A stretch of 64,000 nucleotides of DNA, taken from contig JADJXF010000009.1 of the NCBI GenBank assembly GCA_016715995.1, forward strand, positions 318,436 through 382,435, read 5' to 3'. The stretch's first letter is position 1; each line of letters starts with the position of its first letter. Source of the stretch: Flavobacteriales bacterium (lineage in GTDB: Bacteria; Bacteroidota; Bacteroidia; Flavobacteriales_F; PHOS-HE28). Under the pieces are notes generated by a model. That model was not told where the DNA came from. It ran no database searches and saw nothing but the letters and a program-made list of their open reading frames with translations. Below are positions 57,726 through 64,000 of this stretch, piece after piece. Both the position numbers and the translations under genes were made by a program.

Positions 57726-59180
57726 TCAGTAGTAGATCAACCGCCGCACCTTGGCCACATGCTTGGCCAAGCGGATCACCTGCTTGGTATAGCCGAATTC
57801 GTTATCGTACCAAGCGTAGAGCACGGCACTCTTGCCATCGGGGCCCACGATAGTGGCGTTGCTGTCGAACACGCTGCAGCAGGTGTCCCCGATGATGTCG
57901 CTGCTCACCAGTTCGGGATCGATATGGTAGTGGATCTGGTTCACCAGTTCGCCGTTCAGCGCCGCATGGCGCACCAACTCATTGACCTCATCACGCGTGA
58001 CCTGCCGCTTCAAGTTGAGGCTCATGATGGCCAACGAACCGTTCGGGGTGGGCACGCGCACGGCGTTGGCGGTGAGCTTGTCCTTCAGGCTGGGGATGGC
58101 CTTGGTGACCGCACTACCGGCGCCCGTGCTGGTGATCACCATGTTGATGGCTGCGCTGCGGCCGCGGCGGGGCTTCTTGTGGTAGTTGTCCAGCAGGTTC
58201 TGATCATTGGTATAGGCATGCACCGTCTCGATGTGGCCTTTTTCGATGCCGATCTGGTCCTCCATCACCTTCAGGATGGGGCAGATGGCATTGGTGGTGC
58301 AGCTGGCCGCGCTGATGAGCTGCTCATTGTCCACATCGAGCTCCTTGTGGTTGATGCCGTACACGATGTTGGGCATATCCTTGCCTGGCGCGGTGAGGAT
58401 CACCTTGCTCACGCCCTTGGACTTCAGATGCCGACCCAAGGCCTCACGCTTGGTGAATGCACCGGTGTTGTCGATGACCAGGGCGTTGTTGATTCCGTGG
58501 GCCGTGTAGTCGATTCCCTCCGGTTCGCTGGCTGCGATCAGGAGCACCCGCTGACCATTGATCAGGAGAGCCTTTCCGGCGATGTCCTCCACTACGCTTC
58601 CCTTGAAGGCGCCATGAACGCTGTCATTCCGCAGCAAGGCCGCCCGCTTCACGATCTCCTCATCGGTAATGGTGCGGGTGACGATGGCGCGTAGGCGCAG
58701 CTGTTGGCCCTTACCGGCCTGCTTCACCAACTCGCGGGCAGCGATGCGGCCGATACGGCCGAAGCCGTAAAGCACAACATCCCGTGGTTCGAACTTGTGC
58801 TTATCCGAGCCGATGAAGCCACCAAGGGTGGTGTTTAGGAACTTGTCCAGGTCGCGCTTGCCTTCCTGCGTGAATTCCCAGGTGAGCTTGGCGATGTCGA
58901 TCTTGCTGGGGGCCAGGTCCAAATCCAGCAATGCCTTGGCCACTTGCGCGCAGGTGAACACATCGATGGGCTTCTTGACCACATCATTCGCATAATGGAA
59001 GCGCTTCAATGCCTCGCTCGTGCTGATGTCAAGCAGTTGGTCGCGGAAGAAGACCAGCTCCACACCCTTGCCGTACATCAACTGGCCAACGGCACTGAGC
59101 AGTTCCACTGCGGCGCGTTCACGTGCAACGAATTCCTTCAAACCGGCCTCGTAGCCGCTTTTCACTTCAACGGTTTCCAT
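57726..59180 (-). CDS. gap: glyceraldehyde-3-phosphate dehydrogenase, long form with an N-terminal extension of about 130 aa
   Basis: VLYGFGRIGRIAAR (NAD-binding) ... ISAASCTTNAICP (catalytic Cys) ... WYDNEFGY. These are preceded by METVEVKSGYEAGLKEFVARERAAVELL.... ATG 59180 is preferred over 59213, which lies inside the rpoD terminator hairpin. Confidence 0.85.
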   Translation of the reverse strand: METVEVKSGYEAGLKEFVARERAAVELLSAVGQLMYGKGVELVFFRDQLLDISTSEALKRFHYANDVVKKPIDVFTCAQVAKALLDLDLAPSKIDIAKLTWEFTQEGKRDLDKFLNTTLGGFIGSDKHKFEPRDVVLYGFGRIGRIAARELVKQAGKGQQLRLRAIVTRTITDEEIVKRAALLRNDSVHGAFKGSVVEDIAGKALLINGQRVLLIAASEPEGIDYTAHGINNALVIDNTGAFTKREALGRHLKSKGVSKVILTAPGKDMPNIVYGINHKELDVDNEQLISAASCTTNAICPILKVMEDQIGIEKGHIETVHAYTNDQNLLDNYHKKPRRGRSAAINMVITSTGAGSAVTKAIPSLKDKLTANAVRVPTPNGSLAIMSLNLKRQVTRDEVNELVRHAALNGELVNQIHYHIDPELVSSDIIGDTCCSVFDSNATIVGPDGKSAVLYAWYDNEFGYTKQVIRLAKHVAKVRRLIYY

Positions 59181-59210
59181 GGTTGGTGATGGGTGACTTG
59201 TGCGAATGAA

Positions 59211-59236
59211 CATGCCCCGCTCATTGGCGGGGCATG
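59211..59236 (-). terminator. rho-independent terminator of rpoD
   Basis: catgccccgc-tcattg-gcggggcatg stem-loop 3 nt after the rpoD stop, followed on the minus strand by TTCATTCG. Confidence 0.5.
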
Positions 59237-59239
59237 CGA

Positions 59240-60103
59240 CTAGCCGAGGTATGCCTTCAGCAACTTGCTGCGGCTCGTATGCCGTAGTCGCCGTATGGCC
59301 TTCTCCTTGATCTGGCGCACGCGCTCGCGCGTCAGGTCGAACTTGGCGCCGATCTCCTCCAACGTGAGGCCGTGGTTGATGCCGATCCCGAAGAAGAGCT
59401 TCACGACATCGCGTTCGCGTTCGGTGAGGGTGCTCAGGGCCCGCTCGATCTCCTTGGCCAGGGATTCATTGAGCAGGAGGCGATCAGCCGGTGCGCTGTC
59501 GTTATTGGGCAGCACGTCCAGCAGGCTGTTGCTCTCGCCTTCGACGAAGGGGGCATCCATGCTGATGTGGCGGCCGCTCACCTTCATGGTATCGGCCACC
59601 TTCTCCGGCGGCAGGTCCAGGCTGGCGGCGAGCTCATCGGCGCTGGGCGGACGTTCGAATTCCTGCTCCAGTTTTGCGAAGGCCTTGTTGATCTTGTTCA
59701 GCGATCCCACTTGGTTCAGGGGCAGGCGCACAATACGGCTCTGCTCGGCCAAGGCCTGCAAAATGCTCTGGCGAATCCACCACACGGCATAGCTGATGAA
59801 CTTGAAGCCCCGGGTCTCATCGAAGCGCTGCGCCGCCTTAATCAAGCCGAGGTTGCCCTCGTTGATTAGATCCGGAAGGCTGAGCCCTTGGTTCTGGTAC
59901 TGCTTGGCCACCGATACCACGAAGCGCAGGTTGGCCTTCACCAGCTTCTCCAGCGCTTTACCGTCGCCTTCTTTGATGCGCCGTGCCAGTTCCACCTCCA
60001 TGTCGGCGGTGATCAGGCCTTCCTTACCGATCTCCTGCAGGTACTTGTCCAGCGACTGGCTTTCCCGGTTGGTGATCGATTTGGTGATCTTGAGTTGACG
60101 CAT
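59240..60103 (-). CDS. rpoD: RNA polymerase sigma factor RpoD (short Bacteroidota-type sigma-A, 287 aa)
   Basis: [27 protein letters not shown]...region 2.4 AVWWIRQSI...region 4.2 [29 protein letters not shown]. Lacks region 1.1, as in Bacteroidota. Confidence 0.9.
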   Translation of the reverse strand: MRQLKITKSITNRESQSLDKYLQEIGKEGLITADMEVELARRIKEGDGKALEKLVKANLRFVVSVAKQYQNQGLSLPDLINEGNLGLIKAAQRFDETRGFKFISYAVWWIRQSILQALAEQSRIVRLPLNQVGSLNKINKAFAKLEQEFERPPSADELAASLDLPPEKVADTMKVSGRHISMDAPFVEGESNSLLDVLPNNDSAPADRLLLNESLAKEIERALSTLTERERDVVKLFFGIGINHGLTLEEIGAKFDLTRERVRQIKEKAIRRLRHTSRSKLLKAYLG

Positions 60104-60263
60104 CCTTGATGCCACGGTCGTTTGGGTATTAGTGGGTTATGAAGATTCTGATTCGACCGTTCACATCACCACATGTGTATGCGTCGGGCTGCGAAGGTAG
60201 GGGCTGTCCTACGCACGGGACAAGTCCGGTTCTTCACTTGCCGGGCATCAGCTCTTGCTTTGC

Positions 60264-61721
60264 CTATACCCCTAGGCCGTAATATGCCCTTTGCCCGTTG
60301 GGGTAGACACCTTCAACCAGCACGCCACCACGCTTGCCGGATAGGGCGCGCTCCACGTCAGCAGGGCTCTTCACTGGGCCGTCATCGATTTTGGTGATGA
60401 TGAAGCCTTCCCGGATGCCGCTGGCGCGGAACTTCCCGCCATTCACTGCGGACACCTTCACACCGCTGGCTATACGAAGCGCACGGAGCTCCGCCTCAGT
60501 GGCCATCCGCAACTCGGCACCCAACGACTCTAATCGGGTGGTTTTGCCCCCGGCAGCGACGGTGCTTCCCTCCTTGCCGCGCAGCGTAATCTCCATGATG
60601 TTCTCCCTGCCATCGCGGAGAATGGTCACCGGGACCCGGTCGCCGGGCTTGAACTTGCCCACCTGCTCCTGCAATTGAGGCACGTTATCAACGGGGATGC
60701 TGCCCACGCGCACGATCACATCGCCCTTCTCGATACCGGCATTCGACGCGGCCCCTCCTTCCGTTAGGCCATTCACGTAAACGCCGCGCGGGCGATCTAG
60801 CCGGAGTTCCTGGGCGAGCTTCTGATCCAGGTCGCGGATGCTCACGCCCAGGTACGCCCGCTGAACGCTGCCATGCTCCACCAGGTCGCTGGTCACTTTC
60901 TTCACGATGTTCACCGGCACGGCGAAGGAGTAGCCCGTGTACTGGCCGGTGGTGCTCGCGATCGCGGTATTGATGCCTACGAGTTCGCCATTCGCATTCA
61001 CCAGGGCGCCCCCGCTGTTGCCCGGATTCACGGCCGCATCGGTCTGGATGAAGCTCTCGATCGGGAAGATGTCGCGGCTGGGATCGTACTGCAATAAGTT
61101 GATGTTCCTCGCTTTTGCGCTAACGATTCCTGCCGTTACGGTGCTGGTCAGGTTCATCGGATTGCCCACGGCCAGCACCCATTCACCCACCCGCACTTCA
61201 TCCGAGTTGCCGAATTCCAACGTGGCTAGTCCGGTCCCGTCGACCTTCAGCACCGCGATGTCGGTGCTGGGGTCGCGGCCGACGACACGGGCCTCGAAGT
61301 TTCGACGGTCATTCAGGTGCACCATGATCTTGTCCGCACCCTCCACCACGTGGTTGTTCGTCACAATGAAGCCGTCCGGACTGATGATCACGCCCGACCC
61401 AGCGCCTTGCCGCTGATGCTGCTGGCTGGGTGCGCGGTACCCCCAGAAGAAATCGGCGAAGGGGTCGCGCACCTGGATGGTCGTCTCTGTGGTCACGTGC
61501 ACCACGGCGTTCACAGTGCGCTCGGCAGCTTCAGTGAAATCAACAGCGACAACGGGTGTTGCACCAGCGGATGGAAGGTTCACGTAGGTCACCGGCGGTC
61601 CGGTCCGTCCTTCCTCAGTGAGGGAGAGCTGCGCAACTGGTTGGAGGAAGCGGTTGTGCAAGACCAGTGCGATGAATGCGCCGGCCATGCCGACGGCGAA
61701 GTACCCGAGGATGCGTTTCAT
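60264..61721 (-). CDS. Do-family periplasmic serine endoprotease (HtrA/DegP/DegQ) with two PDZ domains
   Basis: MKRILGYFAVGMAGAFIALVL (signal/anchor) ... TNNHVV (His) ... D ... GNSGGALVN (Ser), then two PDZ domains. ATG at 61721. The track start is an upstream GTG artifact. Confidence 0.9.
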   Translation of the reverse strand: MKRILGYFAVGMAGAFIALVLHNRFLQPVAQLSLTEEGRTGPPVTYVNLPSAGATPVVAVDFTEAAERTVNAVVHVTTETTIQVRDPFADFFWGYRAPSQQHQRQGAGSGVIISPDGFIVTNNHVVEGADKIMVHLNDRRNFEARVVGRDPSTDIAVLKVDGTGLATLEFGNSDEVRVGEWVLAVGNPMNLTSTVTAGIVSAKARNINLLQYDPSRDIFPIESFIQTDAAVNPGNSGGALVNANGELVGINTAIASTTGQYTGYSFAVPVNIVKKVTSDLVEHGSVQRAYLGVSIRDLDQKLAQELRLDRPRGVYVNGLTEGGAASNAGIEKGDVIVRVGSIPVDNVPQLQEQVGKFKPGDRVPVTILRDGRENIMEITLRGKEGSTVAAGGKTTRLESLGAELRMATEAELRALRIASGVKVSAVNGGKFRASGIREGFIITKIDDGPVKSPADVERALSGKRGGVLVEGVYPNGQRAYYGLGV

Positions 61722-61869
61722 GGTTTCAGAATCTGGGCGGGGACGATCAAACGCCATGCCCGCCATGACCAAGCAACGAAGTGACAGAGCGGAAGTGACG
61801 GGCTGTCGCGTTAAGAAGTGTTGATCGGCGCCGTCCTTAACCAACGTCGGGCGAGCGATCTTTCGACCC

Positions 61870-62655
61870 ATGGAACTGGTCTTTGAGAAGTGGCAGGGCA
61901 CGGGCAACGACTTCATCGTGGTGGATGATTGGGATGGGCGATTCCCCAGCCATGATGAAGCGCTGATTCGGCGTCTATGTAACCGGCATTTCGGCATCGG
62001 GAGCGATGGGCTGATTCTGTTGCAGTCTCCGACCACCGCAGGTGTAGACTACCACATGGAGTTCTTCAATCCCGATGCGAGCAAGAGCTTCTGCGGGAAT
62101 GGCAGCCGCTGCGCCTTCGCGTTTTGGAACAGGCAGCAATCGAGGATGGGCGAGGAGGCCCTCTTTACGGCCATCGATGGCGAGCACCGTGCCTCCAAGG
62201 ATGAACGGGGCGTTCGTGTTTCGTTGCTGCCGCCACGGTCCATCGAGCACATTGCCTCAGACATGGACCTAATCGACACAGGGTCGCCCCATCTCATGGT
62301 CTGGGTGTCGGATCCGGATGCGGTCGACCTCGTATCCGAGGCTCGGCGCCATCGGTATAGTGCCCGCTTCGCGGAGTTTGGTGTGAACGTGAATTTCCTC
62401 CGTTGGCGCAGTGACCAGTTGGAAATGCGCACCTACGAACGTGGCGTTGAAGCCGAAACGCTTAGCTGCGGCACCGGTGTAACGGCAGCGGCCATCGATG
62501 CGCTTCACCGTGGACTTGGGCGAGGACCCCAGGTTTCGGTGCGCACGAAGGGCGGCGACTTGAGCGTTGAGGTTAGCCGCGAACAGGACCGGTTCACCAG
62601 CGTTGCATTGATCGGACCTGCTGTTCGCGTCTATCACGGGGTCATCTCCGTCTGA
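61870..62655 (+). CDS. dapF: diaminopimelate epimerase
   Basis: MELVFEKWQGTGNDFIVVDD...FFNPDASKSFCGNGSRCAF...SCGTGVTAA, the two catalytic Cys motifs. Confidence 0.9.
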   Translation: MELVFEKWQGTGNDFIVVDDWDGRFPSHDEALIRRLCNRHFGIGSDGLILLQSPTTAGVDYHMEFFNPDASKSFCGNGSRCAFAFWNRQQSRMGEEALFTAIDGEHRASKDERGVRVSLLPPRSIEHIASDMDLIDTGSPHLMVWVSDPDAVDLVSEARRHRYSARFAEFGVNVNFLRWRSDQLEMRTYERGVEAETLSCGTGVTAAAIDALHRGLGRGPQVSVRTKGGDLSVEVSREQDRFTSVALIGPAVRVYHGVISV

Positions 62656-62658
62656 ACA

Positions 62659-63696
62659 ATGGCCCGCCGACGAACGAAGTGGTTGATGGCCGCGTTGGTC
62701 CTGCTGATTGCGGGACTGCTTGCTGCAGGCTACGCCTACAACCGGCTTTTCAAGCAATCCCCCCGATTCAGCGATGAGAGCCGCGTGCTGCTGATTCCCA
62801 CCGGCGCGAGCTTCGCGATGGTGCTGGACAGCCTCGTGGCCATGGATGCGGTCTCGGATCCGCGCGCCTTCCGGTTGCTCTGCGAACGCAAGAAGTATGT
62901 CGACCGGATTAAGCCGGGCCGGTACCGAGTAAAGCGCGGTTTGAGCTTGAACGCATTGGTGAACATGCTGCGAGCGGGGGAGCAGGAACCGGTGCGGGTC
63001 ACCTTCGCCAACGTTGAACACTTGCAGGAATTGGCCGGTCGCCTCGGCCGGGTGCTGGAGCCGGATTCGGTGGCATTCCTGAAGGCCTTCTTCGACCCCG
63101 AACAGCAGGCTGAATGCGAACTGGATGACGCAACGATGATCAGCCTCTTCCTACCCAATACCTATGAATTGTGGTGGACCACCACACCGGGCCAATTCAT
63201 CGCGCGCATGCGACGCGAGCACGATGTGTTCTGGAGCGAGGAACGCCGCCACGCGGCTTCCGGAAAGGGCTTGTCTCCAGCGGAAGCTGCAACCTTGGCT
63301 TCCATCGTGCAGGCCGAGACGGTGCGCATGGACGATGCGCCGGTCATCGCGGGCGTGTACCTGAACCGGCTCCGCATCGGCATGCCGCTCCAAGCAGACC
63401 CCACGCTCACCTTCGCGCTCGGCTTGGACAGTGTGCGCCGGGTGCTCGATCGCGACAAGCTGGTTGATTCACCCTACAATACCTACCGGAATGCCGGCCT
63501 CCCGCCAGGACCAATCAACATGCCGGAGCCTCGCTTCATCGATGCGGTGCTGAGCGCGCACAAGCACGAGTACCTGTATTTCTGCGCCCGTGCCGATCTC
63601 AGCGGCTACTCGGACTTCGCCCGCACATACGAGCAGCACTTGGTTAACGCACGGCGCTACCAGCGCGCGCTCAACCAGCGCAAGATCTACCGTTGA
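62659..63696 (+). CDS. mltG: endolytic murein transglycosylase MltG (YceG-like)
   Basis: N-terminal TM MARRRTKWLMAALVLLIAGLLAAG ... YLYFCARADLSGYSDFARTYEQHLVNARRYQ, the YceG C-terminal motif region. Its start overlaps the dapF stop. Confidence 0.85.
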   Translation: MARRRTKWLMAALVLLIAGLLAAGYAYNRLFKQSPRFSDESRVLLIPTGASFAMVLDSLVAMDAVSDPRAFRLLCERKKYVDRIKPGRYRVKRGLSLNALVNMLRAGEQEPVRVTFANVEHLQELAGRLGRVLEPDSVAFLKAFFDPEQQAECELDDATMISLFLPNTYELWWTTTPGQFIARMRREHDVFWSEERRHAASGKGLSPAEAATLASIVQAETVRMDDAPVIAGVYLNRLRIGMPLQADPTLTFALGLDSVRRVLDRDKLVDSPYNTYRNAGLPPGPINMPEPRFIDAVLSAHKHEYLYFCARADLSGYSDFARTYEQHLVNARRYQRALNQRKIYR

Positions 63697-63781
63697 GCGT
63701 TAAGGTTCACGGAAGGCGTGCCACGCGCCGAAGGCCTATTTTCGCCGCCTCTTTTCACGGAACGCAACGCTGAAGGCAAGT

Positions 63782-64000
63782 ATGAGCAAGATCAAGTTCG
63801 GGACCGATGGCTGGCGCGCCATCATCGCGCAGGAATTCACCGTGGACAACGTGGCGCGCGTGAGCGTGGCGGTGGCCGATTGGGTGCTCCAGAAGCATCC
63901 GGGCAACAAGCGCATCGTGCTCGGCCACGATTGCCGCTTCGCCGGCGAGCTCTTCGCGGAGACCTGCGCCAAAGTCTTCATCAGCAGGGGCATCGAGGTG
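63782..64000 (+). CDS. phosphoglucomutase/phosphomannomutase-family protein, N-terminal fragment (runs off the right edge)
   Basis: MSKIKFGTDGWRAIIAQEFTVDNVARVSVAVADWVLQ...VLGHDCRFAGELFAE, the GTDGWRG-type alpha/beta/alpha domain I motif. Not in the ORF track because there is no stop in the window. Confidence 0.75.
   Translation, partial: MSKIKFGTDGWRAIIAQEFTVDNVARVSVAVADWVLQKHPGNKRIVLGHDCRFAGELFAETCAKVFISRGIEV

Overview
This is a 64-kb window at about 63% GC from a Bacteroidota chromosome. The phylum call rests on the short 287-aa RpoD, several proteins with T9SS C-terminal sorting domains, a GWxTD protein, and TAnnTTTG-type -7 boxes. It carries about 55 genes, most of them intact. There are several housekeeping blocks: lpxL(partial)-nth; fused 2-oxoacid dehydrogenase E1; mutL followed by two rhomboids and an EEP phosphatase; xerD/aroQ; tRNA-Ser(CGA); LemA-TPM-TPM; DjlA-like, a PpiC PPIase, a SurA_N lipoprotein, SurA and MoxR; and gap-rpoD, htrA, dapF-mltG and a partial pgm. 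A minus-strand envelope-lipid operon runs 7968-13842 and encodes an ArnC-like GT2, a SAM methyltransferase, an ArnT-like GT-C membrane protein, an LtaS-family transferase and a DAG kinase. Two accessory regions stand out. (1) At 15980-17800 a hicB/hicA toxin-antitoxin cassette sits at the 3' end of the E1 gene, bracketed by imperfect 80-bp direct repeats that each encode the E1 C-terminus, followed by a low-GC segment. (2) At 45198-57229 there is a T9SS cargo island. It holds a small CTD protein, a beta-propeller CTD protein, a lysyl-oxidase-like copper amine oxidase domain protein with dockerin-like tails, and a giant adhesin of about 7.2 kb. The giant adhesin has nine 243-bp BIG2-like repeats, about twenty 99-bp Cys-rich CxDCLGVPNG..DACGVCY repeats and a T9SS CTD, but its frame is broken at least eight times. 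The adhesin, the LOX-like gene, a small T9SS gene at 19233-19984 and a TPR-like gene at 17851-18575 carry frameshifts or in-frame stops. Because all housekeeping genes are intact, these are either genuine pseudogenes of surface proteins or indel errors concentrated in repeats; the sequence alone cannot distinguish them. ORF-track starts include GTG/TTG codons rendered as M, and I re-derived starts from signal peptides and overlaps. Many long ORFs in the track are antisense artifacts of high GC. No CRISPR array, rRNA or transposase was seen.
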